Origin: Trichosphaerium sp. ATCC 40318
Taxonomy: Eukaryota > Protista > Tubulinea
Assembly: GCA_038496445.1 (NCBI GenBank)
Contig: JALMLS010000311.1
Coordinates: forward strand, 62,001-126,000
Length of the DNA stretch: 64,000 bases
Direction: 5' to 3'
In this document: one piece after another, positions 1 to 12,642 of the stretch
Layout: every line of letters begins with the position of its first letter
How positions within the stretch are numbered: position 1 is the first letter of the stretch
Notes under the pieces: model-generated
The model's database searches: none
Told to the model about the DNA's origin: nothing
The model's input: the letters and a program-made list of their open reading frames with translations, nothing else
Made by a program: the position numbers and the translations under genes

Positions 1-408
1 ACTCAGGTAGGTCTTGGACCTTACCGTCTTCCTTACGTTGCTCCTTCTCACGCTGTTTCTTTTGCTGTTGTTGCAGGAGTGTCCATTTTGATTGAAGAGG
101 TAAACTTCTCATATGTTCTTTTTCACTCTCCGGTATGTCGTCAAAATCTTTGTGTCACGTGTTAATATCGCGCTTTCTTTTTCTTTTTTTTTTTTTTGAG
201 AACAAACATGAACATTACCTTTCTCTATTAATGCCTCAAACTGTGCTAGAACATCCTCTGGAGGTGGTGCAGACTCAACAACTCCAGCGCTGAAATCTGA
301 AAAAAAAAAGTTAATTAAATGCTTGAGAGGGCGCCTCTTTTCAAATAAACAGTCCTACCCGCTGCAGTGAGCGATAGCTTCAAGCGAGATCGCTTTCCTT
401 TCAACCAT
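1..408 (-). CDS. Diaphanous-related formin, N-terminal GTPase-binding domain (partial, runs off window)
   Basis: Spliced exons give MVERKAISLEAIAHCS..SAPPPEDVLAQFEALIEK DFDDIPESEKEHMRSLPLQSKWTLLQQ, matching the Drf_GBD pattern (P..+..F....+.+P......m..lp...KW.l+). Confidence 0.6.
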
Positions 409-1123
409 CGTGAAGTCTCCTCTCCCTAAAAATGAAATGTCGGAATAAGAGTCGAAACCCAAAAAACTAGTAGTGCGAACCTTCGACAAGTTCAAGTCAG
501 CAACAACAAGTGTCAATGTTTCTAATTGACTCTCTTTTCGCGTTATACCAGATCTAATTCTTAATTTGAATGTTATTTTATCCTTTGCCAGGTCATTTAT
601 TTTAATCCTGGTGATGTAGGTTATATTTTGTAGTAAAAATGGAACAATGAAGTTGGTTCTTCCTTCAAACTTTTTTTTTTTTTTTCGAAAAAACAAGAAC
701 TCTCTTTTTGTTTTGTAAACGCACTTATGTGTAGAGTTGAAGTGAGGTCTCTCGTTTATAGACTTTTTAAGCTAAAATGTAATTAGTTTTAATAATGTTT
801 TTTTTTGTTTTTGTAATTCTTGTGATCACGTGCTTTAGTCTTCTCGCTGAAAGCGCCTTTTTCAACTTTAATATAAGTTGAGTACCCTCCTTTAATTTTT
901 TACGCGTTAATCAATTGTACAGAGTGTTTATAATTGTATACATACCTTCCTTGTATTTCGAAGGGTAAACAGCCTCCTTTATCTTTACGATAAGCATAAG
1001 CTTTCTTCGTTACAAAAGGGACATTAAAAATAACGCTTTAATTCACAATATTGTTTAAGGAAAAACTACTAATTAACTGATAGTGTAGGCTTAATGTATT
1101 GTCTATTGTATAGCTAGCAACTA

Positions 1124-1404
1124 GCGAACCATTGTGATGCACATGATGGTGTAGTTCGCGACTATTTTCCTTGTGAAACCTAGTTTTTCTTTATTTATTG
1201 GGGCGTTAGACCCACATATGAGAAATTTGCGTTGAGAAGTTCCTTGTAGGAAGTTGTAGTTCGCAAAAGATCTCAAGCAGTTACTTAAAAATTCCTTATT
1301 GAATCTAATATCACGTGATTGCAAGAAAAACTGTAGAAATACAACACCACAGCCGTAGCGTTGCATCTAATGTCTGGTAGAACAGTTTGCTTGCAATCAC
1401 TGAT
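1124..1404. other. Cluster of three stem-loops (possible structured ncRNA or 3'UTR element)
   Basis: Inverted repeats at 1124-1159, 1219-1275 and 1310-1404. The last has a perfect 11-bp arm, GTGATTGCAAG/CTTGCAATCAC. Confidence 0.45.
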
Positions 1405-1485
1405 TTTCGACTAACTGCCACTACATCAAACAAGTCTACTATTTATTTTCGCTTTTTATTATACAACTATTCTTATGTATACTTA

Positions 1486-4400
1486 CTAAAAGAAGCATGT
1501 ATTGAACCTTGGTCCAATCAATGACAGTAACACAGGTAAAAGGATAAGTCCATGCAGTGTGCCAACTATAATAACCAAGAAGTACATTCTGAAAAAGTAT
1601 ACTTCAAAAATTTGGTACTTAGCAAATGCAAGCACAAACACACCCATTAGTGTAGACAATCCACCAGAAATGACAGAATGTCCAAGACCTGAAAAATATT
1701 AAGCTCAACGGATAAAATCACGATTAACTTACGGTGTAATGCATGGGATGCTCTCTCTGTTCTTGTACCATCCTTCTTCAACATAAATGCTCTGGTCACA
1801 TGAGCTACAAACTCAACACTTAATCCAACACCCCTTTTTTAAATACAATTAGCTAAGGCAGTCTAAGAAGAAAAAAAGGTGTCCGTACATGATTAAATTG
1901 ACTGCTGATAAAGGATTGAGAGCAATATTCCAAGCAGCCATGAGGGCTGCTGTGTCAACTATTATAGCGATGATCACCAAGACACAAAGTACAGAAGCGA
2001 ATATATTGAGATTGAGAAAGAATACAGTTACAACAAGAACGCCAACTATTGTAAAGACATAAGTACTAACAAAGGTTGTTTACGACTTACCTAATGCAAG
2101 ACCAACAAGTAGCAAAGTCTCTTGTACGAGTATCAAGTACTGTTCAAAAAATATAAAGTAAACACTGTAAGGGAAGGCACCCTAGTATAATTTGTTAGAA
2201 ATAATCATAAAAAATACTAAAATAAACTTACTGGCACGTTGAAACCATCTAACTCCTCTCTGAAGTGCTTGAGACTTTCTACAAAATCAGATGTTGAGCG
2301 TAATCCTTTTGCGAAAGCAAAAAGTCTAAAAGCATTCACACGTGTGGCATTGCGTCCTAAACTAGATTTTAACATCCTTCTTTTTATTTGCTTGCTATAA
2401 AGTCCATTGAAAATAAATCATACCTTGGCTGTCTATGTACTCTTCAGTGACAACCTCGCCTTGCATAAATTTTCCTCCTGTAAATGTATCATTCAAGAAT
2501 TCTGATAGGTTCACTTCAAACTAAGAGGTAGTAAGAATAATGTAAGAATTCTTAAACCAATATTGTGCCTGGTCTTTGTTGACATAGAACTCAGGTGCAC
2601 CATTTGCTAAAGGTGCTAGGGAGGTGTTAGCATACAATTAATCTCTTATAACAATTGTGACGCACAATTTCTAATTTCTAGATCGGTGGAAGTATCTCTA
2701 AGAGGAGTCAAAAGAAGCTACAAACAAACAACTTTGGATAGCGTACAGATTTAAGGGTCCCCAAAAGTTACCGTATAGTCTATCAAAAGACAACGGGGCT
2801 GTGCTCGGTAGCGTCCAAGGATTACCAAATCCCATCTGTGCACCAATACGATGTACGTTTTCTCGAACGTCAACACCTACCAGTTTTTTAGTAAAAGGCT
2901 TCAGAGCGGACGTCGTAGAACTTACTTGGTATGTCAACTTCATTTGTAAAAACATAATACACTGGGGGTCCCAAATGGCCAAAATATAAATTACGGCGGT
3001 CAAGAAAAGGTACCAAGAAACTATCCTCAGGAATAGCCTCTTCTTGATCAAGTGCTGAAAAAGTACATTAACAATACGGAGATGGCTTATGTACTGCGAC
3101 GGAACTTCGTTTAACGTACATTGATCTAAGCGTGTTGCACCCCAACAAGAGACAGCGAACCAAATAACAAAGATTACTACAATGATTATCTTTCCTGCTT
3201 TTGTAAAAACAACTTTTTGTGCTTTATCCAATAACCACTTTAACGCATCAGCTATACCCCATTTTGCGTTCCAACCTTCATTATCAGGTGGTGTTAACCT
3301 CACAACTGGGGCTAGATCCATACGATAAAATATCATACGTCTGATATTCAATGCCTTAAATGGTAATGAGCTAAGTTCTCAACTCAAATCAGAAAGGGGT
3401 TGACGCACCTGCATACCCGTGAATGCAGTCAACATAACAAACAATTCTACCATTACGGCAATCCCTGCTTGAAGACAAAACGTTCGCACTGCAGGCATTT
3501 GAGCCACTGCAGCTAGCATGAAAGCTAAGAAATCTGCAAGACTTGTAAGTGTGGCAGTAGGACCGGCTTCTCTCATAGCCTTCCCAACTACGTCCTCCAC
3601 TAACTCATCAGCGGAAGCGTTACTCCAGTCCTTTGAGTCATCCTAAAGAAAGAGTAAGTTGTTTTACAATAAGTATAAGGATGACATACATCAAACTCTT
3701 CGTATTGTTTACCAGATTCAGTATCATTCTCAACTCCATTAGATTCCTCTACTGTGGCAACAACATTTGTTTTTTTACTCTTTTTCTTTCTATTCTGAGC
3801 TATAGCGTGTATCCTACGCCTGTTGGCCGCATTCGTAATGATAAACATATCATTCACACCAGTACCGAGCAATAAGAATGGTAGTACTTGAGTGCTGATT
3901 GGTGAAAATGGAATCTGAAACCAAGCTGATACCCCAAGTGATGCTATGACAGCTGCCATTACAAGCAATACACCTGTCAACATTAATTAGCAACTCTAAA
4001 GTAAATTAGCTGGCGAACCTCCAAGCCCAAGCAAGACTTTTCCGTAGACCAAATGAAATTTACCAAGAGCAAGTGATACGTATATGATAACAATAACATA
4101 ACTCAAAACAATCAAAAAAGTATCAGCAGATATCTCCCTTTCAATCTCATCTTCAATAGAACGCTAGAAACATTAAAAAAGTGAAAAAAAAAAGAAAAAG
4201 CAAAACAGTTGAGATAGTAACAAGAGGAATAGGGATCATACCTCCGCACTAAAGAATACTTGTACGCCTCCTCCATTTGATGAATAGTTTTTTGCAAATT
4301 CTATGAAGGCAGTCTCCCACAGCTTGGTCCTAAAAATCTTGTTAAAAACTGAAAAAATTTTCTTGGTGTGTACCTTGTTTCGCTTTCTGGGCGATTATCC

Positions 4401-5356
4401 AATAATAAATTAGTAAGAAAAGATGCAGCTGATTGTATGTTATTTCTGACATCATCTCTGACTATTTGACCCATTACAGTATCTGGATTAATAGCATTTC
4501 CTGAAATAAGTATTAAACAATGCAACACATTCGTTGAAAAAGTTGGTTAACTACATTGTTACGGACCCAACGGCGTTTTAGCACCAGCGCGATTTATCTT
4601 GATAGCTATACCAGTCGAATCCAAAGAACTTAAGTCTGAAACATCCAGCTCTTCAGTTGCTTCATTATACCTAGTTTCTTTGTTAAATTTTGTGAGTCAA
4701 TTGCGTTTGTATAACACGTGCCAATAGTCCATAACTGTTGTTGTGACACATATATCTGTAATTTTTGAACATACGTCATTATATGTAAATATGTTGCCAT
4801 CAGAATCACGAACAGGCATCTCAAATAGCTAACAAGAGCGTTAGTAACAAAAAAAACAGCTTAATTTTTTATCATAAAACTTGTTTTTACGATAACGCAC
4901 TCGTGCTTCAAAATCATGCAGGGCTAATAGCGAACTGTTATCAAACATGCTTGCTCCCTCATTATTATGGGTGTAAATCACTTGATTAACGCGATAGAAC
5001 GGTCCAAATAAATTATCAAACTTCTCCTTTTCTTGTACAGAGCGTGTGTTTTTAGGTACCCATAGATCTGCTGGGTCCGCAGTTGTTTCAACAAGGTAAA
5101 GACCTGCCCCAAATAACTAAGTGATAATTTAGCGATCTTACTGTTTTTGTGATAGAGTAGATGGTACCAGGCACACGATACAAGCAATACATATGAATAC
5201 AACGGGGTGTCTAGCTACAACTCTTCCAAGCCATTCAAAGCAATCAGATATTGCATTAGACGTCTAAAACAATTGATATACTGCTTATTTAGTTACAAAA
5301 ACTACAAAACATACCCAGTCACGTATACTCTTCGTTTTTTCATCGCAATCGCACAT
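1486..5356 (-). CDS. Patched/NPC1-family sterol-sensing-domain (RND) transporter, multi-exon
   Basis: SSD motifs (QVLPFLLLGTGVNDMFII; EAGPTATLTSL..AFMLAA..MPAVRTFC), second TM block (VGLSVEFVAHVTRAF; GVFVLAFAKYQIFEVYFFRMY..GTLHGLILLPVLLS). Confidence 0.9.
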
Positions 5357-5555
5357 AAATTGCGAATGCCGCTCTCTGCGGTGTAAATATCTTTTGTACA
5401 AATACAAATTGGTCCAGTCAAAAACTTAAAAAAGCCTAAGTTTAAGTCGCAATGTGTCAAAAAAAAAATGAAGTGTCAATAAAATGGTTTCATCTTATTT
5501 TTTTACTATTTCCTTGTACGTGTACATCCGCCCGATTTTCCGTTATATCAACTAT

Positions 5556-6495
5556 TCATTTTTTACATATTTACCCCAATCAATGTCTTTGTCGTGCATT
5601 GAGTAAAATTGTGAAATGTTATGAAATATACCCTTATCGAATGGGTTATTATCAAGTGAAGGCATATAATAAAGTTCGTGGCTGAACATTTCAACACTCG
5701 TCAAGTTGCTAACCTAAAAAGCTGTCAAGTTTCCTTTTGTTCAGATGTTGTTAAACTAAACGTACAACGACATGACTTTGTACAAGAAGGAAGACAAAAG
5801 GAATAGCGAAGAACATTATAAGCCACCCAGCGAGTATAAGGTAACCAATCTGAAGTACTATTGATCCAGTATATGTAGTACACGTGCGATATCCGTGTAT
5901 GCACGTGAAAAATGAAAACATAAGTGTAAATGATTCTATTACCAAATAAAGATAGAATCTACTATGGTTTCTCTGACCAATGCACGTGTCTATAAACCCA
6001 CAATGATGATCTACACAAAAAGAACCGTTACTCACCATTGTACAAAACAAACAATCTTACCATAGCGCGTGGTGCATCTGTTACACTTGTGACAATGCCT
6101 ATGATGACCAAACAGTGAGTCCGTTGGTGAAATGTACAAAAAAAAACGCACGTAGTGCGAACTGGCTGAACTATTTTACAAATATCGCAATATACATCCG
6201 ATTCCTCTTCGTTGGGATGCTTTCTGGATTATTAGAGCGTTAAGGTTACAAATGCACTTACTGTATCTCTAGGTACATAACCTGGATCTATATTGCACCT
6301 CAGGAGCGAAATTAATGCGATTGTGGTAAATGCAGCGGTGTAAAGAATTTTTTCTGTTACACCTCCACAGGCAATATAATCTATTGTCAATAGCAAGGCA
6401 AACAAGCCAAGGTGTAACACCACAGAAACAAACACCATTGCTACAATAAGTTTAAATTTACAGTTAAATCAACTTTTAAGGATAGTACCCTTCAT
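5556..6495 (-). CDS. DHHC palmitoyltransferase
   Basis: Spliced DPGYVP..YCDICKIVQPVRTTHCHKCNRCTTRYDHHCGFIDTCIGQRNHSRF, followed by NPFDKG. Confidence 0.9.
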
Positions 6496-6684
6496 TTTAT
6501 GGTCGTTTAAAGCGAAGCGGCGTTGTTTTAACTTGTAGGGCGCTCAAATACTGTTCGTGCTAAGTCAAAGAACTACATCTCAGTTCGAACAAGCATACAG
6601 CTACGCCAAAAAGCGGTCGAGACTACTTCCTTACAACAATGCGCCTAGAGGGAGCAGGGATGAAGCTGAAACAAATTTTACTTC

Positions 6685-7386
6685 TCACATTGTTACACAT
6701 TTATTTGATTTGGCAGGTTTGACACTTCCAGTGTTTCTGTGGATTTGGGAATTATTACTTAAAACGTAATGACCTTGATTAATCACTTTCCAGTCAGTAG
6801 TATACACTTTGTATGCTTTTTTCTCACCACTGACAAAGAGTACTTCTTCTATTGTTCTAGCAAGAAACCATCTACATAACCCTTCCTTTTTCCCATTGAC
6901 ATAGACAGATTCTTCTCGCATATATTGTCCTTCCCTAGCCCACCACTTATAAACTCCTTCTTTCTTCCCATTCACATAAGTACAAGAGTCCAACTGTTGT
7001 CCATCGGAGTACCATGATTCTTGTTCTCCTTCTTTCAATCCATTAACATAGAACCGTTTTTCCATCAATTGACCATCATTGTACCAAAGCCTATACTCCC
7101 CTTGTCGTACACTGTGAACATAACTACATTGTAAATTCAATGCTCCAGTCTTAGTATCATACTTTTTCTCCTCGCCATGCAACACACCATTTTTCCAATT
7201 TGTATGCCAAATAACAGTCTTGCCACGTGATATCCACTTACCATGTTTCTTTAGGTCAGAATCGAAGCGTGAGTGTGTCGCTGCTTTTTTAGATAATAGT
7301 GGCCACAAAACGTACAATTCGTAGCTTAGATCCGTAATATCAAGTTGTAACTCGCATGGGAGGTCTAACAACCCAATATGCTCCAT
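6685..7386 (-). CDS. Intronless protein with an F-box-like N-terminus and MORN-variant (YwqK-like) repeats
   Basis: LLDLPCELQLDI at the N-terminus and about 5 repeats of YVNGxKEGxxxxWYxDGQ. Likely ATG at 7386. Confidence 0.8.
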   Translation of the reverse strand: MEHIGLLDLPCELQLDITDLSYELYVLWPLLSKKAATHSRFDSDLKKHGKWISRGKTVIWHTNWKNGVLHGEEKKYDTKTGALNLQCSYVHSVRQGEYRLWYNDGQLMEKRFYVNGLKEGEQESWYSDGQQLDSCTYVNGKKEGVYKWWAREGQYMREESVYVNGKKEGLCRWFLARTIEEVLFVSGEKKAYKVYTTDWKVINQGHYVLSNNSQIHRNTGSVKPAKSNKCVTM

Positions 7387-7639
7387 TGTTGGTCCAGTGT
7401 GGTTTGAGCAGACGTGCGTTATTGTATTCGAGGTTACGTTGCGTACTGAACCGTTAATGAATAGTGTTTTGGTGAACGTACAGTCTTTGTTATTCAATTT
7501 ATCACTAAATGACCTTGTCCTTAACCATTACTCTGTATTGAATTATAAGAGTTGGATATACTATGGCGCTGATACAATCTGTTTATTATTATGGTACAAA
7601 AAAGGAAGAAAGGCTAGAAGTCTAACTTGTTTTCGAACT

Positions 7640-8587
7640 TCAGTTTGCCTTCCAGCTGAAAAATTGACCAACTCCTTTGGTTTCATTCGTAACATATGAG
7701 TGGTGTTGAGGCGTTGGATTTGCCAAAAAGTTCACTTGCCGCACTGTCGGCTGTTCATTTGGTTGTGTTACGCTGTAGAAACATGTTTGATTGTTCATGT
7801 TAGCATGTGGCAGTAGCGGGCTGTTCATATGTGGAGGATTGACAGGCTCACGATGTATTGTCCTTGGTATTGGGGCTCTGTGCAATACACCATTCATAGC
7901 TTCAAAACGCGTTCCCTGGGCGTAGCTGTTTGGTTGAGGTATCAATGGTGTACTATTCGGACGTGGTAGCAGAGGCTGCGGTATAGCATGGGGTTGCTGT
8001 TGATTGACACTTACTCCATTTGGCACAGAACCGTTTGCCCCCATGCCGCGCATACGGTTTTCTAGAGCTTTAATTTGAGAGGTTTTGTCTGCCATTTGCT
8101 TCTCTATACAGCTTTGCATCACTAACAGCTTTTGTAATTCATCTTGACTCTGTTGCAATTTTTGCCACTCTTGCTCTTGGGTGCTAATGTCAGTTCCAAC
8201 ATGGTGTGGTGGTTCTAGTAACGTTTAGGTCTTATTTTACGCTATTTCTATCGTTTTTCGAAAACCAAATCGAAAAACGAGCAATTGCGCATCAAGGTCG
8301 TACCTCTTATTTCTGCCGAGTCCAGAGAAGAAGTCTCAGAGTTTGTAGTAAATTGTGCATTCTGTAGAACATTTGTATGTGCTCTGGGTTGTTTCTTACT
8401 GTATGATGCATGTTAAGGCTGATTAATAGCAAAAAGAAAAACTGTACGTTGGTTCTACTTCACAAACAAGATTCATATCGGAGCACCGTGCACACGGCTT
8501 CTTATTTGTGCAACTCGCATGGCTGCGCCTGCAATTCGTACATGCGTTTTTCGCGTATTTACGCCCTCGTTTTCTTCCAGCGGACAT
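7640..8587 (-). CDS. Zn(II)2Cys6 binuclear-cluster transcription factor
   Basis: ACTNCRRSHASCTNKKPCARCSDMNLVC, followed by a coiled coil and a Q/P/N-rich region. Confidence 0.85.
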
Positions 8588-9036
8588 TGAGAGATGAGCA
8601 AATTGCTGTATTTGGAGCAGAATTTGAAAATGTTGCACTTAACGAGGCCTACTAAAACTGTAAAAATCACAAATATGAAATTGATTATAATTGGTTGTAT
8701 ACGCAATTTTAGAAGGTACAAACCGGTGCAAACAACTATATTAAGAACAATGAACTTGCATGTTAGCTACCCTATCGGCCAATAACCTCGTTGGGCTTCG
8801 TGACAATCGAAAAGCGTAAGTACGCTTGCTAAAAAAAGTAGCTGAAGTACGAAATACGGTAAGGATTTACTTCCAAAACACTTAGCTACACGTGCAGGTC
8901 TCATAGATTGGTAGAGCCCCTTAGGAGTACTCTACGACTGTGATGGAGATGGACCACAGCTGAAAGCCTCTCAAAGTTTCAGTGAAAGCAAAGTGATCGA
9001 AAGTCAAAGTACAGCCTTTAGAAGACGACTGCTTGT

Positions 9037-11366
9037 ATGGTCAAGCTTTTGCTTGTGCGGGCCCTAGTGGCACTCGCATTTGCTAGCGTGTTGTACGGAT
9101 TAACAATCTACGACAATAATGGTATTTTGCTGTAATTAACCATGACAATTATCCTAACAAGCGACACAGGTGTTACTGTAACAAATAACGTTAAATTGAA
9201 TAAAGGTGAATGTAAAGTGTATTCATTCGCAAAAACAGAGTCATTACACGGCCCCAAGGCAATTTTAGGAATCAAATTGGAGCTACAAACGCAAAGCGGT
9301 AAAGTTTTAGGCGTTTACAGTTTATCTAAGCAGATTTGCAAGGCTCGTGCACGGGATCGTATAGCATTATCAATGGGAGCAGTTCGAACACTACTACGTG
9401 TGGTGTTGGTTCCACCCCGAATTTCTCCTCAGACAACCACTATCAGGCGCAAATACTCTCTTTGCAGCCTTATGATGACTATCAGGCGTTCAATTCAACA
9501 GACGTGCATTTCTTTACAGAATGCCAAACAGAGCCTAAGTGCTGTAACGTGCAGGTACTATTTAAAACGTATTTCTAAGGCGATGACAAATGACGTTTCG
9601 TGTTCAGGCAGCGCCAAACGGTCGCTACAAACTCTTCATACAAGCTGGTGACGAAGGATGGCATGGCTCCATTAATATTACAAAGAGTACTGCCGTTGGA
9701 GACGAGATCGGTTACGAGTGTTTGCCATCCCGTAAGCTAAATGAAGCTGGTAAAGACGTAGTTTTTTTTGACGTCTGTTAGGTGTCCAAGAAAGACCTTG
9801 TATCAAAAATTCAGACTGCGATTGCAAGTCACTATGGAATAGTGATTGTGACTGTACTTATTGGCCATTTTCATTCAAAGAGCCAGCAACACAGAGAGGT
9901 ATTAGGCTTTTATTGTAAGCTTGTTTATTGATTGTTTTAAAAACTTAGGTGGTCAATGTGGTAGCAAATGCTTTACTATTTGTAAAGAAGAGTGGCAACC
10001 TCATGAGTTACAAGGGTATAATATAACTAACATACCATGCCCTGTACCCCGGATAAAACGAGTACGCATTCGTACCGTTCAAGTAACACGTGCTAATGTC
10101 GTTTTTTTTTTATCTAGTATCAAGTCAAGATTTTTTATTTAGCTCATGGTACGTCTCACTTTACGCCATAACATTCTTCTAAAATACAATAGGTCCTTAT
10201 GGTACAGGTGTTGTAACATCTTGGAAAGAAGTTTTGGAGGTGATGGGCCATTCTGTTGATTTTTTGGCAATACCACTTATCAAAAGAAAATCAGGATCTG
10301 CTCTAGGTTATACGTCTCGCCATGGGTTCGTAACCTTTTTTCTGATACTTCCAATGACTGTTCTACGTAGTACTGATGAAGTTCTAACTGCATTATGGGA
10401 AGTATGTGCTATGGAATTATATGACAAGTACCATGAATGGATGCCGTTTTGGGCATGTTTGAACTTGAATGTTAAAAAAACGGGTCAAGTGAAAATGTGT
10501 GCAAAGACTCATAATTTAGACTTTAATCGTCTTCAGGTTCATACAATAATATTAGTTATTTCATAATTATCTGATATTTTATTACTAGCGTTGTTATAAT
10601 GGTACAGAAGGAAAGAGACTTCTAGCAACTGTCATAGAATACATCAAAAAGTACAAACTTGAAGGGTTTTTTTTCTTTGCTTACATTTATTTAGTTATGG
10701 TGTTCGGACAAGTCCAACTGTGATTATGGATGGTAGAACTTATAATCCAATGTATGACAATAGTCACTGTGACCGCTCAAGTTACTAATATCAATCTGTT
10801 AAGGTCTGAGAGAACAGCTACTAATTATCTTCATGCTCTTTGCTATGTATTTGATAATCCGTTGAAGTAAGTTGTACGTTTATTTTTGACATTGATTTAA
10901 TGTTCTGTATAAGGTTGTTTCCTTGGTGGGTTTTTGGATTTATTAGTTCAGTAGTCATAGCACTTGCTTTTGTTGTGTTTATTACAAAGACTTGGAGCGC
11001 CCACAATGCACTGTACTACTTGAGGTACTCATTTCCTTTCAAAACGGATGATTTTTTTTTCTGGCATCTCAAAGCTTCATCTAGGAACATTGTGTTTTTC
11101 CATTTACTAGGAGATACAGAAGGAATGTTACAAGAACTACGAGATGAGAGATACGCTGTCGAAGGGGAATTTGCTGATGCAGATTTTGGTGATGAAGAGC
11201 TTCCAATGATGCGTCGTCAAGTTGAGGAGCAAAGTGATGAGCAAGACGAAGGTATTTTTTTGTAGACTCATAAAAAACCTCATAAATAACAATATGCCCT
11301 TTAGGGAGAGCAATACTTCTTGAAGAAGATGACGACGCTTTTACTGACTCTTCAGATGAAGAGTAA
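9037..11366 (+). CDS. Type I membrane protein with a GILT/thioredoxin-like lumenal domain
   Basis: Signal peptide MVKLLLVRALVALAFA, Cys-rich region, then VKIFYLAHGPYG..VDFLAIP..YTSRHG.DEV..LWEVCA..FWACL, TM (WWVFGFISSVVIALAFVVFI) and an acidic tail. Confidence 0.6.
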
Positions 11367-11901
11367 GAGGAAAAAACAACGTTTTTGTAATTTAAATAAA
11401 AGGCAAAAAATTGACCTAGATTGATGTGATGTTCTTCTTGAAACCACGTTAAAGGTCAGTTTCAAGACACTTTGTAAATGATTACGCGTTTTTTAATGGA
11501 ACTGCTGATTGAAATGCATGATTTGTTCTCTGTTGGTACGTTCTCTCTAAATAACTGATTCACAGACATCTACCAGCGTGCTTTACAGTTTTGGTAGTTT
11601 TTTGTGTACAGATCATCCAAAAAAGGTCCGCTACGCCTTTCGATGGTAATAAAGGCGATTACTGCAAGTCTTGTTGAGAAGGTATACTTTTTTGGTTCCA
11701 AAACTTCCAACAAGCCCAACCGTATGCTGATATTCGTTCGCATACGCCTACCTTAGCTACTAGCTATTCAGCAACTCTCGAAAACTGACTAGCATCGATG
11801 TTCAATCACATTCCTTTTTTAGGCGAACTTCGAATATCAATCAGACCGATAGATTCACAAAATGATCATCCCCACACGCATCACATCACCTCTTCCGCCT
11901 A

Positions 11902-12642
11902 ATGTTCAACCTTCTAACTCAATTGACAACAGTATTAAACTACTTCTACAGTATTTGCGAAACAACAGCGCGATTGATTGTACGTCAGCTGCAAGTTGAT
12001 TAAACAAATGCAACAGTCCACTCTGACGCTCTTTTCGTAGTTCACGTTCTGCTTTGTGCACCTTGGTTTGGAAATGATAGCTATCGCTCTCGTACTACCT
12101 GTTATGGCTCTAATATTATCCAGCCTAAGCTGTGTAGTCAACGATACAGTAGCTAGGAAAGACTCAACTGAAAACGACAAAGTAGCTCATAAGCCAGCCT
12201 CAAAACAAAACGAGCAACCAAACAACGTTCCTGTATCGGCTACAAACGCCGCAGCTCGTTTTGTTCCAACGCCAACAAAATCAATCATTCTCGACCAACC
12301 CTCAAACATCTCTTCAAATGCATCCCTACGCGTAGGTTCGCGAGTAGCTGCATTTAGCCCAGTGAAAACAGCTAAGTGCATGAACAAAAAAAAGAAAATG
12401 GATCGTTTCGTCCGCAATTTACACAAGGACAACATTCGCGTCAATCCCGCTACAACATCCATCAATATCCAGTACGTATTTTGATCATTACTGTCACATT
12501 TCGTATACTCGCTTTAAATCAATTCTAACATGTTTACAACAGGTCAGTAAACCAAGAATCACTCAAGAAAAATGAACAAAGACAACAAGTCAGTTCATCA
12601 AAAACATTACAATCCGTCACAGTGGCATACGTTGCTTTTTAA
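11902..12642 (+). CDS. Hypothetical protein with a hydrophobic N-terminal segment
   Basis: Three exons joined by GTACGT..AG introns give an open frame MFNLLTQ..AYVAF*. Confidence 0.5.

Noticed and set aside
1219-1275. Hairpin 2 as an H/ACA guide for the 18S AAAAAGCUCGUAGUU site
   Set aside because: Only one guide arm matches well, and spacing to an ACA-like box is wrong.
8935-9010. Short hairpins with GAAA loops suggesting a ribozyme
   Set aside because: No hammerhead CUGANGA core, and the stems are too short.
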